A stretch of DNA of 64,000 nucleotides from the human T2T-CHM13v2.0 reference genome, Homo sapiens, in NCBI RefSeq assembly GCF_009914755.1, contig NC_060935.1; one strand, 5' to 3'. Below, one piece after another: positions 42,247-55,930 of this stretch. The notes under the pieces are model-generated. The model ran no database searches. It saw only the letters and a program-made list of their open reading frames with translations, and was not told the origin of the DNA. Every line of letters begins with the position of its first letter. Positions within the stretch are counted from its first letter, which is position 1. The translations under genes were made by a program, and so were the position numbers.

Positions 42247-43099
42247 GTATGCAAAGTATAACTCCAGCTCCCCGGGCCAAGCTTTCCAATACATAATTGA
42301 ACAGAGAAGAAAAGAGTTTCCTGGTTCTGTGTGTTGCATGAAATGGTTCTTTTTTTTCTACTGCAGAACACAGCTAAGGGTCTGCTTTCTTGGTGTTCCC
42401 TCCGTGTGTGTGCTGCGATGAATTTTAATTCCTGATGCTTTTGAGGTTTCATTTTGTCAGCAGAGCAGAGCCGGTGACAACAGGCTGTGCTCGCATGGGT
42501 TTAATTCAGATTATGAGGGGTTTTTTTTTACATTTGGAAAAGGAATGCAGCTGACAGCCCCTTTTCTTATTCTACAGTGTCACTCCTGTCCTTTTTCAAC
42601 CTGGTGCAATGTGTGTCCAGGCACAGTAGGAGAAAGCTACATAATGTATTTGTACAACTGTGTCATATTTCAGGTGGCTCACTGTAGGTTGGTCTTCTCT
42701 GTTAGTGAAACACAATCTTGGTTCCAGATTTTGCCTGAAGAAGGAATTAGGTGTCTCTCCCCTGACATGTCTTTAATTTTTAAACATCAGACATTTCTGC
42801 CCACAGACAAAATGCTTAGTTGTGACATCCAAAGGGAAGAAAGTTTGAGTCATTTTATTTTGAACCACTTGACTACTGACCCAAATTGTAGGTCCCAGTG
42901 GATACTGAGATAAAGGAAAGATGCTCACAATTGGGCAGCAGCCTGAGTTTAGCATGAACATATTTCTCACTAGTAAGATGAAATGTGGCACATGTGAATT
43001 GCAGTGGAACTAATAGCAGAGTAGCTATCAGCATGTGAATATCCATCGATCATCAATCCATCAGTGGGGTTGAAAATACATATCTCCCAGTTTTGCTTC

Positions 43100-43103
43100 T
43101 GTG

Positions 43104-43139
<36 letters not shown>
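43100..43139 (+). repeat. (TG)~20 microsatellite with one interruption
   Basis: Seen directly. Confidence 0.92.
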
Positions 43140-43622
43140 GACCCATTTATAATTATGAGGGAATAAAGGTATTCTAAATAAAACCAAAGGAGCAATTGCT
43201 TAGTTGTATATAATCCCTGCAAGGCCCCTTTGGTAGGAAGGTGCCTGAATCTGTGTAATGCCAGACAATAAGAAAGAAGCACACATTCTGTCAGCTCACG
43301 GTGGCAAGGGAAGAGGTAGCCTGGTTAAAGCATTTCTCTCAGGTTATTTTTAACCAGCGGTGTTCTTTACACAGAAAGGTGTCTTCATCTCCCTTCTTTG
43401 CCCTTCTCCCTCAGCCTCAATTGGCAATGGCCAAAACTTTCCCTGGCCTCTTAAATTTAAGGTCAGAAACCCAAAATACCTTTTAACAAGTCGAGATCAC
43501 TCAGTCACAACATAGGACCAAAAGGAATGCTTAAGAAAAGTGTTTTTTTTTTTTCATTGTAAATCTCAAATTTATGACTTATCAGTGCAACCACGATTCT
43601 AAAGATATAACTTTAACCACAA

Positions 43623-43900
43623 CAGGTTGGGTGCCGTGGCTCAAGCCTATAATCCCAGCACTTTGGGAGGCTGAGGTGGAAGGATCACTTGAGCCCAGCG
43701 GGGCCAACAGGGCGAAACCCCCATCTCTACAAAAAATAGAAAAATTAGCTGGGTATAGTAGCACACGCCTGCAGTCCCAGCCATTCAGGAGGCTGAGGCA
43801 GAAAGATTGCTTGAGCCCGGGAGGTCAAGGCTGGAGTGAGCTATCTTCATGCCACTGCACTGCAGCCTGGGTGATGAAACGAGACCGTTTCAAAACAAAA
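43623..43900 (+). mobile_element. AluJ-type element with internal deletion
   Basis: Alu similarity; TSD aactttaaccacaa (43609-43622 / 43901-43914). Confidence 0.88.
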
Positions 43901-44819
43901 AACTTTAACCACAAATGGCCCAAACATTTGCTTAATGTCAAACTCTCAGCACGTTGGGCCAAAGGTACAGTTTCTGCTGTTTAGTGTCAACACAGCCATT
44001 GTCTCAACCATCAGAAGGAAACCCATTCCCTAGTCTGCACTGGCCTCTTCCTTTATATGGGTCTTGACTTCAGGGAGGCTCACCGAGGTCTCAGGAATAA
44101 TATGGGTTTGTGGAGAAAGAAGTGAGATAAGATCCTCAAAGCCACCATCTCTGGCATGCATCCACCCAGCCTCATTCAGCCCATACTCCCCTCCTCCTTA
44201 TGCCATAGGAAACATGAAATGACTCTTCTTAATTTAATACAATCTTTTGTTCTTCTAGGGCACACAGTCTTCACCTTAAGACTCTCGGGACTTTTCCTTG
44301 ATGACCCATATTCTGTTTCATTGCCCTTGTTTCCCAAGGATGCTGAGACATTTCTGGAATCTGTGGATAATAACTTGCTTTTTTCTTTTCCTTTAACAGT
44401 CTCCTGGATTGACTTTGACATCTGGGTCCTGACAGCAACACCTCCCCATTTCAAAACAAGTTTACATGCTCCTGATGTGGTATTAATATGTAGTGTTGCA
44501 GCCGTAGCTAATGCTTATTGGTGTTGTTAACCAAATGCTCTTTATGATTTATTATTCTTCTATTTCTGGGCAGTTTCACTGCCCTCCCAATGTTTCCTAT
44601 ATATGCTGCTAATTTAATTTGATTTCTCCTTTTATTTAGTCTGTGATTTTGTTGTTGATTTTTCTCCCTGCCCATTGTTTACATCAGTTTTTAATTTTTT
44701 TGTATTTTCCATGTGACCTCCTCCACTTTCCTTTCAACCAATATCATGTGCGTGCGTATCATGTGACTTTGTCATGTGGCTTGCATGGTGCTGATGATGT
44801 CGTCCACGCTGGTGAACAG

Positions 44820-44822
44820 AAG
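44820..44822 (+). CDS. NCAM1: NCAM1 3-nt AAG microexon (changes junction R to QG)
   Basis: gaacag|AAG|gtaaaa preceded by a 130-nt AG-free zone. An AAG insert at this junction is known in NCAM cDNAs. Confidence 0.85.
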
Positions 44823-47800
44823 GTAAAACTCTTTGTTCTGATTAGTGAAATAAATCTGGGACCACAGCCTGGCACATAGGGCACACTCATTTCTTCCTGT
44901 CTCAGATTTCCTAAGCAAAGCCATTTGAGAGATTTCCTCTTGTTCTCAATTCACATCCAGAATTCATCATTCCTTGCAAACTTGACATGATGATTTGGTA
45001 TCATGACAACCTTTGGTTTGGTATTTTGCTTCAAGAAATTTGGTCACACAAACTGTTCTCTACAGTCAACCCACATTAGCCACAGCACAGTTTGCAAACT
45101 TGAATTTTTACCAGATGGTTCATAAAAATTATTTCCTAGAAAGGTGTTTGGCAAATTAGCTTGATAGCATTGTTATTTAACTTCATCCAGTAGTTCTAAA
45201 CACCATAGTTGTTCTAAAATGAGTCACATTCCTGTGAAAATGTTTACAACCTTGAAATGCTACAGAGTGAAATATATCAATTGCAAAGGTTGTATTTGTT
45301 CAAAACCCAGTGAGAGTGCTTCATAAAATTCATGCACATTGAGGACTTTCTGAAATAAGAGATTTAAGAATTTGGATTAGAGCAGTTTGGCTGTGATTAC
45401 TGAGGTGTCACTTTTTAAGAGTGGCCCTCCCCCAGGGAGGGGGAGAAAATCAAAGCAAAAGTCACTTGGCAATTACCATGAATGGAGATCTCCGTGTAAT
45501 CAAGAAACACATGATTGACCCTTGCAGCAAAGGAAATAAAATTATAGCCTAATTAAGTGCATAGCGGTGACAAAATAATTAGTTAATATTGTGACTGTCA
45601 CAACCTTGTTAAAACATTTCTCGCTTACCAGAAGGAGAGAAGGAAGCCTCTGCTCACAGCTTCCCTCACTCAAATCAAACACCTATTCAGAACCTGCCCT
45701 TTGAGTCATATGCATTCAGTTTTCTCCTAACTGGAATGTTTTGCTTCCAATCACAGCCTGAGACATTGGCTACATGGATCACGAAAGCAAAACTAACTCC
45801 AATAACCCCCTGGTGTGCCCGTGCATGCAAGGGGTCCCTGTTTGACCTCACTTCTCTGAGAACTGATTGGGCGACATCCACACAGACAAACCGTCAACAG
45901 CTGGTCTCGCATGTCCTTTGTTCCCGGTCTGCTCTTGTGTTTCGTTCTCCTCCTGTGTGTTAGCCCTGTGTACCTTCCCTCTCGTTCACCCTCCACATTT
46001 CCCATCTCTGAGCCCCTCAGCTTTATAGGGATGTCAGCTTGGCCCCAATGTAGTCCCATTTACAGCCAGACTCCTGGACTTGCCTATGAGCCATCTTCAT
46101 TTCCAAAAAGGCGATATTGGGTATGTACATTGCATGAAATAAAGTGGGAATGTCCCAGAAGCAGAAGGACATCTGATGCAGTCCACGCCAATAAATTGGG
46201 CTTACCTTTAAAAATCATCTGAATATGCAGGTCTTAGGGCAGAGAATATAGACAGCTTAAGATTTTCTAAACTACAAGTCCCACCCAAAATACGGTATTT
46301 TCATGATTTCCCAAAGGTTGACCATCAGCAAGACTGGATATTTTTCAGACTTAAGATGACTGTTCAGTAGCTGATGTTCTGGAAAAAGATCTGGGCCTTC
46401 ACCATGAAATCTTAAATGTGAGCAGTTACTGGATGTTGAATTTGAAACCTATTCATTTCTTTTTTTAAAACAAGCTTGGTCATTTCTGTGCAATGCTATA
46501 ATTCGGAACGAAACAAAGCACAATGTTAATAAGGTAGACACTAATTCATTCCTCTGAAGAGAGATCTCTTCCAGACATTTTAAGCCAGGGCAAGAAATGT
46601 TTAAAGATGTTTTCTGCAGTTGCCGTAGAAACACTCCTTAGCAGTCATCTTGGCTGTTGGTAAAAAATGTGGCCGGTACCAAAAAAAAAAAAAAAAAATC
46701 GCTGACAGCCTTAGAGAATTACAAAGCTATGATTACGCCCTCCTGGAACCATGTCCTCATCCATGACAGACCCTCTCCTGCCATCTGCAAGGGGGCAAGC
46801 TGAAGACTTATTCAGGTGAGCCCCGCACGCAGCAGGAATTGTCCTTTAACAATAAAATTTAAGAGAATGAAGAGGTCAGGGCCAATAAAATCCATGGAGG
46901 AGAGCAACAAAGCTTAGTTAAGGACAGTTATCACCTCCTCTCCCTGGGTATTAGCAAAGATTTAAGCTGAATTGGGCCTCAATGAGAAAAGTGAGAGTAA
47001 GCTGGGGGGTGAGGGGGGAGCTTTCTGCTGTCAGTGGGTTGTACACCCAACAACTGGTGACATCTGATGTTCCCTGTCCACCTTGTACCCCCTCAAAAAA
47101 AGAAAACTGCCTGGGATATGCATAACCTAAGCTGGATGCTCCATCTACCCTGAGTTCAGTGGGACAGCGTTTACAGAATCCAGCAGCACTGCGTGAAGTG
47201 TGGCGACTCAGAAGGAGAAGGGAGGTTATAACAGGGATTGAGCCCTATCCTTTATGGTTACTTGGCTCCTGAGCCTACAGGGCTTGGCCTGTAGAGGATT
47301 GTGACAGATAAGCTTAGACACCTGTCCCAGAAAAGAAGAAGTGAGGATGCAAACTTTGATTCTAAGGTCATGGCATCATGTCACTGCAGGGCTTCCTCCA
47401 ATGACTCCACGGAGCCGTGGCTTTGTCCACCAGCTACTGAGGACTCTGTGTAAATGGGACTCCCCACCAGCAGCATGTGTGAGATGAGAAGCCCCCTGCA
47501 CCCCTCTGTCCATGTGCTGCATGTCTGAGCATGGCGCCCTCCCCAGCCATTCATAATGATATTTTTTTTCTTTAGCTACTGACACTGACTCGTACTAGGA
47601 AACGCTGATTCTGATGAGCTAAGCTCTTTAACACCCACTCTTCCTTCTTAGATTGAAAACATCACTAACCACCCCTTCCACTCCCTCCTTTATTTTTTCA
47701 CAGCTGTGTGTCTGGATTGCCACGATCTCTGGCAGGTCGACACAGACTTTTCACCAGGGTTTCTGCTCTAATTGCCTTTATCTCTAAGGATTCCCTGCAC

Positions 47801-49219
47801 TGGAGGTTCCTAGGGTAGAGAGTCAGTGGGAAGGGGCTGAAGAAAAAGGCAGTGAGGTGTGTCAGCCCGAATCCTGTGGGCAGGGACTGTGGGCAGGGAC
47901 TGTGGGCTGCTGCTGGCCTTGGAAACTGCCAGTTCCCTTAGGGTCACCAGTATGGGGGCTGAAACTCCCCAGGAGCCACATTCTTCTTCATAACCAATCT
48001 AATGTCCATGAAATAGAGTTGAAGATGGGCACGAGCCCCCTTGTGGCCTTGGAGGCAGGAGCCGAGTTAACTGTTGATGATAGCAGTTATTTCTGTCATA
48101 ACTTCCTCAGCCTGGATCAGCCCCATAACCACAAGCCATACCTTCCTGGTCATATTTTCTTTTTAGGATGATGAAACAAAGATAATTGATCAATTAATCT
48201 GTTGGTGTTTTCATGACACCTGCGAGAAGGGAACTGGTATTTTTGTGGTTCAGTCTGTCAGAGCTCGTTGGTTGCTGTTTAATTTGTACCTTGTGCTGCC
48301 ATTTGCCACCGTACCCCAACACATACTCTCACATTCATAAATTCCTCAGGAAACTGGTGCTGGAAAGGATTTACAGACCAGATGCCTTAGTGAGTGTGGC
48401 TGCGGGGAGCTCAGCATCCTTGCTCTGCAAGCTGGGAACCGGCCGTGCCCACACTCACTCATTGTGTATCCCGAGGCTCCCTGGAGCTAGGAACTAGGAT
48501 GGCAAAGATTCTGGTCACTCAGGCACAAGCAAGGCCTTAAAGCTGAAGAGAAAAGGGTTCAGGGAAAAACAAACAAAACTTTACCCCAAAAGCTTGATCC
48601 AGCAGGAACAATGCCTAAGACAAATTAATACCCACTCTTACACTGCCCGGCTGTTCTTCGGGACTGTCCGAAAGTCACTCGGCATCCCTAGAATAGCCAG
48701 GTAGGTTACCAAAAGAGGCGCCAGGGAGAGACATGAGGATCCAAGAATGTATGCAACATAGATCACATCCGATTCTTTTGTTTGTCGTCGAGGGCTAAGC
48801 GCTTTGTTTCAGGAAAGAGAATCAGTGGTCTAATAACGCTAAATCCTGATTCCCTCAGATAATTTGCTGATCCCCTAAGGACCAGCCACATTTCTAACCT
48901 CTGGATGTAATTGTAATGTTTCTGACTTGGAAAAAGTAAATAGGCTTCATATTTGAATAGCTAAATCATACATTTTGGACTTTTCAAAAACTAAGTGTAA
49001 AAAGGTATATATAACACAAGTTTCAAATTGCTTGGAAGAAATAATCAACCAAAGGAGACAGGAGTTATGATAAACAAAATGAACAGTATTTTTAAAACTA
49101 GACAGTCTTATTTGATAGGAAAAGTAAAAGATTGTAATGCAAGCCCCACATTTATCACAGGTTTACGCTCAGACACCTGAAACTTTGTGCAGATCTCTAT
49201 GAGGGAGAAAACAAAGTAG

Positions 49220-49615
<396 letters not shown>

Positions 49616-50582
49616 TAACTCTTGGTGCTCGGGCTCCTTTGAGTGAGAAATAGAATATTGTTTTCCTGCTAAAATTCACCAATGCTGTCCAAGTACCCTG
49701 GATTTGCTATAATTTTTGTTGTGGAATTCAGATATCCAGTGGAGTTTTCTAACTCCTGGGGCTTCTGCTGATGAGAGGAAGGGCATGAAGCTGATTCAGA
49801 TTTAAGGGTACAGTAGCAGAGTAATTACAAACAGAGAACCTGCAATCGGCATGGCCAGAAATATACATTTCAATTATGGTTTCTAAGGGAGAATTTCATA
49901 GGACCTGCCTATGATATATCTGACTATATGTGGCCTCTATGGTACGTTCTTTCTTTCTTGGGTTCATGATTCACATCCTGCTAGAAAATACCAGAACTGC
50001 ACAATACTTTATATTTGTTATTGGCAAAGTTTCTTTTTAATGTTCCGTTGGTGTAGTCTTTACATAATACATTTTGGGGGGAACATTTGACTCATGGCTA
50101 AAGCGAAACTCCAAGGGTATAATTAACCCCAGGGGTCTTCTGGGAGCAACCTGCCGATTGCTGCTGAATCGCAAACCAACATTTACAAATAATTACAATA
50201 ATGGTTTTACTGAACTTACTCATAATGATTTCAATCAGGGCAGCCATCTCAGAACACAGTGCACATCAGGACTCTCTCAGGCATTTCTTCTGCTAATGTG
50301 CTCGATAAAGCAGTCAGCCTCCTGAATGGCAAGGTCCCTTTTCTCCCACCACAGCCCCTCCCTCATCAGGCTTTGTGTAGAAAGCCTAAGAAAGTTTCTC
50401 TAACCCCATTTCTAATCTTTAAGAGAATTTGCTGACAGTGAACACTGGAAGATAAGACACTTGATGAAACAATTGCTCTTTCCATATTTTCATGTACTCA
50501 CAGCAAGTTACAGAGCCACCAAGTCGGTCAAAATCTCTGTGATATTAGTTGAATATGAGCTTCCTGTAGAAATACTGTCATA

Positions 50583-50874
50583 GGCTGGGTGCAGGGGCTC
50601 ACACCTGTAATCCCAGTACTTTGGGAGGCCAAGGTGAGAGGATAGCTTGAGCCTAGAAGTTCAAGACCAGCCTCAGTAACACAGTGAGACCCCATCTCTA
50701 CAAAAAATTAGCCGAGTGTGGTGGCATGTGCCTGTGGTCCTAGCTACTCCGGAGGCTGTGGTGAGTGAATCGCTTGAGTCATGGAGATTAAGACTGCAGT
50801 GAGCTATGATTGTGCCACTGCACTTCAGCTTGGGTGACAGAGCAAGACCCTGTCTCAAAAAAAAAAAAAAAAAA
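50583..50874 (+). mobile_element. AluJ-type element
   Basis: Alu dimer ending in poly(A). Confidence 0.9.
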
Positions 50875-51059
50875 GTCATAGGAAGCATTATGTATCCGTC
50901 CAAGAACCTCATCATCTTTTAAAAGAATTAATCATAACTTAGTTTTTTCATTTGGCAAACAAAATGGTGTCTTATTTACCTTTGAGACTTCAGTGCCTAA
51001 TAGACTACCTGGGACCTAGTAGATACTCAGTACACATCTGTTGAATAAATCGTAGGTAA

Positions 51060-51434
<375 letters not shown>

Positions 51435-54325
51435 TAAGAGAAAATAATACACACATATCAGAGTACTGTGATAGACTCAGATAAAATGATACAAATTATA
51501 GTGTTCTAACTATGTCAAATGTGTTCTAACTATGGTATAGATTTTGATGGCTTTTCTCCGATTCAAATTACATTTTTTCTGAAACAAATCTAAAGATAAG
51601 AGAGTACTTTCATCAGGGAAGTTGGTTTCTGCAGGATTCCCTAGAGAGATTTTTATTCTTAGGTCTTTGAAGAGACTTGGGGGTCTCTTTTCAAAGACAA
51701 AACTTTTGAGATAACTTTTTCAACATTTTAAAGCAAAAAGTTGACAACTTTCTGCCTTAGAGATGTGAAATTGTTGACCTTGGAGTGCATCTCCCTAAAA
51801 TTGGCTGAAAGTCGTGAATTTTGTGTTCTGTTTCCCACAATGTCATGAGAAACAGCCCAGGTGTAGTTGGTAGTCCGTGCTAGTGCAGTGGCTGTCACTG
51901 TTTCACATGACAACAGAGCTGGAAGGAGCCCTAAATAGCATCCAATTCAGGGCCCATATTTTGTAAATGTGGAATGAAACTTGATCGAGGCAACAGACCC
52001 CCCATGATGCGGAGTTCAGAGACAGTGTTTTGCAGGATTGATTCAGCCTTGAAAACTCACACAGCTCAATTTCAAGAGGAACTAATTAGGAACGTGCAGC
52101 CAGGGAAGCCCCAGTGGACTGATCCCTAAAAGGGGGCCTTGGGAGAAGGACACAGTCCTTGACTAGTGGGCATGTTGGAAGGGCCACTGATGCTGCCTAT
52201 AAAAATCCCCTCCAGGCTAGGGCAGGTAGACCATTCAGCACAGAGTCAGTGTCATGATTCTAAGTGAACAAAGTTAAAATAATTTGTTCATTTGCAGTAG
52301 GTCTAGGGTCATCAACCATTCCAGTTTGCCTGGGACTGAAGGGTTTCCCAGGATGTTGAACTTGCAGTGCTAAAACCTGGAATCTTCCAGACTAACCGGG
52401 ATGAGTTGGTCACCCCAATTTAATCAGAGAATACAATTTGTAAAGTTCTCCTGTGTCTCCTTCTATTTGTTCAGCATTTCTGAATCTACACAGAGCTCCT
52501 GCCTTGATCTAAAATCTATGCCACTTTGAGTCACTTTTTAGCACTGGATATCTATAATGACATAGCCATAACTGATGTATTATCTAGGACTTGGGACAGT
52601 CCGAAGGAATTTGGAAAGCCTAAATACCTTGACGTGTCTAAACCAAATTTCTACCTATTTTCCACTGAATAGTTGTGGCCTGGGGCTAGATAGTGGCTTT
52701 AAAACAGGACAGGTCTTTGCCTGAAGTCCATTCATCTTTTTATTCCTGTTTTTATTTGTCCTTAATTATTGATCTAAGAAAACAAATAATAAGCACAACT
52801 TTTCCTAAATATCCTCCAGACATTGTGCATCCTCCTTGTTGCAGCTTTTAATCTATGCCTGTTACTGCTACTTCTCTAACCTAAATGTGCACAGAGATCA
52901 CTGGAAGGATCTTGTTACAGGTCTAAAAAGCGCCCAGGTGATCAGCATGCTGCTGGCCCTACGATGATAAGTAGTGGGCTCTTCCTTAGCCTTCTCTCTG
53001 GTTCCTCCTCGTATCAAAGGAAGGTGGTTCCCAGAGTAGCTGAATGAGAAGTGAGGCGTGACTCTCGCTGTGCCTGCAGCCGTCTCATAAATGGCCAATG
53101 GTGTAGTTTTAGGTGCTTAGATCCAATCCCTGGTGACAAGCCATTTTGTGGCTCTTCTGTCACACGTCTGTGATTCTGTTTTCCAGAGAGCAAGCCAGAG
53201 TGACCCACCCAGAAGGTAACTGTTTTGTAGCCTCTCCAAGTTTTCTCTCTGAGGTTATGAAATAGATGCAGAGATAGCTCCTCACAGAAGTGCAGGATTC
53301 CCCAGTGTGTTAAATCTTAATTTTAACTTTGTATATGAGACGTCCTCTCACCTTATTACTTTCAGCATATATTAATGCAATTGTTTCTTTTAAAGTAAAT
53401 GAGTGCCTTACTCACTGGAGAACCATCCTAGCCCTAGCAGTTTGTCACATGCAAGTTCATCTTCCTTCTCGACCTTGGATTCACAGTGCTACAAGCTGAG
53501 TGTATACTGCAAATCAAGAAACAACTGTTTTTCTGTTGAGAAATGCTAAAGACATTTTTCTCTCTCTCCTCTCACAAAGAAAAAGACTGCACTGATTGTT
53601 ACTTTAACACATTAAAGTCTTGAGAATTAGCACTCACTCATTTGAACCATTAGTGGATACTTACAGGAAACTTGCATAAGAGCCATAAGGATACTTACAA
53701 AAAACTTGCCTGGGGCAAGTTGTGATTTATTTAATGACAACCGGAAACTTCTTATTTTTTAAACGAATCTAAGTAATAAAATGTCGTTCATGAAAAGCCA
53801 GTCCCAAGAATGCAGCATTATTTACTCCCACTAGAGATCAGGCCTCCCAGTCCCAGGGGTGAGTGATGTGTCCCGGCAAGAAACTGGGCTGTTTTACAAA
53901 ATAATTTTATAGGTGGGAGTTTCCTACTCAAACACTTCTATTTTCTCCTATTTCAGGCTGTTCCTCAAGATGTGTCAGGCTTATAAAAATTAAATCTTCA
54001 GGTGTAAGACCAGCTAAAAGGAAACATAAGTACCAGTGAGACAGGGGAAAAAAAAAAAAAAAAAAAGCCTATTCCTAAAATGGTGAAAGGACCCTGCTCA
54101 CAGGAAGGCTATTTACCAGAACATTCCCAAGAGGCACTCTCAGTTTGGGCTCAGTCTGAGGCATCTACCTGGAATTCAGTTTTATATTTATTGCTTTTTA
54201 ACCATTTGAATTTCTGAGAAAGCAAGAAAAGTGTCCAGCCCCACCCTGTCACTCCATCCCATTCAGATGGGTTGGATTTTCATTCTGTGGATGAGAATTT
54301 CATGTGAATTAACTGGCTGTTTCAG

Positions 54326-54450
54326 GGGAACCCAGTGCACCTAAGCTCGAAGGGCAGATGGGAGAGGATGGAAACTCTATTAAAGTGAACCTGATCAAGC
54401 AGGATGACGGCGGCTCCCCCATCAGACACTATCTGGTCAGGTACCGAGCG
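54326..54450 (+). CDS. NCAM1: NCAM1 exon, FnIII-2 N-part (GEPSAPKLEGQMGEDGNSIKVNLIKQDDGGSPIRHYLVRYRA), 125 nt
   Basis: gtttcag|GGGAAC ... GCG|gtgagt; ORF 54358..54630. Confidence 0.98.
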
Positions 54451-54809
54451 GTGAGTGGCCTCCTTCTCAGACTTCACCAGAACCCTGCAACCCTGGCACC
54501 CAGCTTGCTAGGGAAACAACAGGGGCAGCCCACGGGGCAGGGGTGGGATGGGGTCTTATTCTGTGTCTGGCAGGTGGCCCATGGGCCCTGGCCATGGCTT
54601 AAAATCCCAAGACAGCCCTACAGCTATTAGGTCATGTTCACACTGGGTCCATTTGGAAACCTCATAGATGACTGTGGTGGTGACAAACCCATACCATGGT
54701 TGATTTTTCTGTGTCTTGAACTTTTCTACAAAGTTATTTTGCCATTATCTAGTACTTCTTGTAAATGCCATACTAATATATAAGAATCCCTACCTTGGAT
54801 AACATGTGT

Positions 54810-54990
54810 ATTGTAGGCCAGGCACCTGCACCTCACTGTGATCACATGCATTTTCTCTGCACAAGAACCCTGTACAGTAGGTCTTACCATTATCCCCTCT
54901 TTACAGATGAAGTAAGTGGGTGTACAGCAGTCAATAACTGCTGGATCTCACGCAGCTGGGTGAGGCAGTTTGAATCCAAGCCTGACTGAG
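54810..54990 (-). mobile_element. MIR
   Basis: cattatcccctctttacagatgaagtaa...tttgaatccaagcctgact. Confidence 0.5.
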
Positions 54991-55729
54991 AGGCTGGGCT
55001 CTCCCCACTGCCCAAGGCTGCCTAAGGTCCTCAAACAATGCCAGTTCCCTCACCAGCCCTTCACTTGGCCACCTGAGCTGTCCTAATCCTGCTAACAGCA
55101 AGTTGGCTCTAAGCCACCTTCTCCTGGTTTGCTCACCACCCACTTAAGATTCCCCTCATTCCACCTTTTATCACAACCCCCACACTGAAAATCACCCTTT
55201 CCATTTTGGTTTTAGAATGACACTTGGTCATCTTCAACTATAACCAATGGCTGAGAGATTTAGAGGCCACATCTGAGCACTGAGAATAACCTCTTGCTGG
55301 GGTTTCGTAGTAGAGAAAAGAATGAACCAGGGAGCAGTTTCCTTTCTTCACATAGCCCCAAGGAAGACTTTTTCTGGGAAGCTGAGTTACTTCCTCTCTG
55401 CCTTGTGATCAGCTCCTGTGGAAGTGATAGGTCTTTAACTAGCTAGTCTTCTGGCAAGTCAGTTCAGCACAGAGCCCCGCAGGCATACTTCTCAGCTGCA
55501 GAGGCCTTGTTCCCACTTAATTTGTAAGCAGATGTGAGCTGAAATAGTAGGAAAGGCCTGTCACTGCCCTGAGGCCCAGTCCAGAGATCCCAGTGAATGA
55601 GAGGTCCCCATGGCTTCCTCACTGCCAAGTAGGGTGCAAGGATTGGGCAGGTGGCCCCCAATATACCCCTGGAAGCAGAGATGTGGTAGGCTGGGATGCC
55701 TTTCCAATGGTTATCCTGATGTGGCCCCA

Positions 55730-55930
55730 TGGACAGAACATAGGTTTTAGAGCCAGACAGACATGGCATCCAATTCTAGCTTTACTACTTATTCTGGAAG
55801 AATAGGTCACCTAATCTTTCAGAACTTCAATTTCTCCATCTGTAAAATGGGGATAAAATAGCTTATTGAGTTGTTATAAAGATGCATTATAATATATGCA
55901 AAGAACCTGAAATGCACCTGACACTTGGAA
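55730..55930 (+). mobile_element. MIR
   Basis: cttcaatttctccatctgtaaaatggggataa core. Confidence 0.6.
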
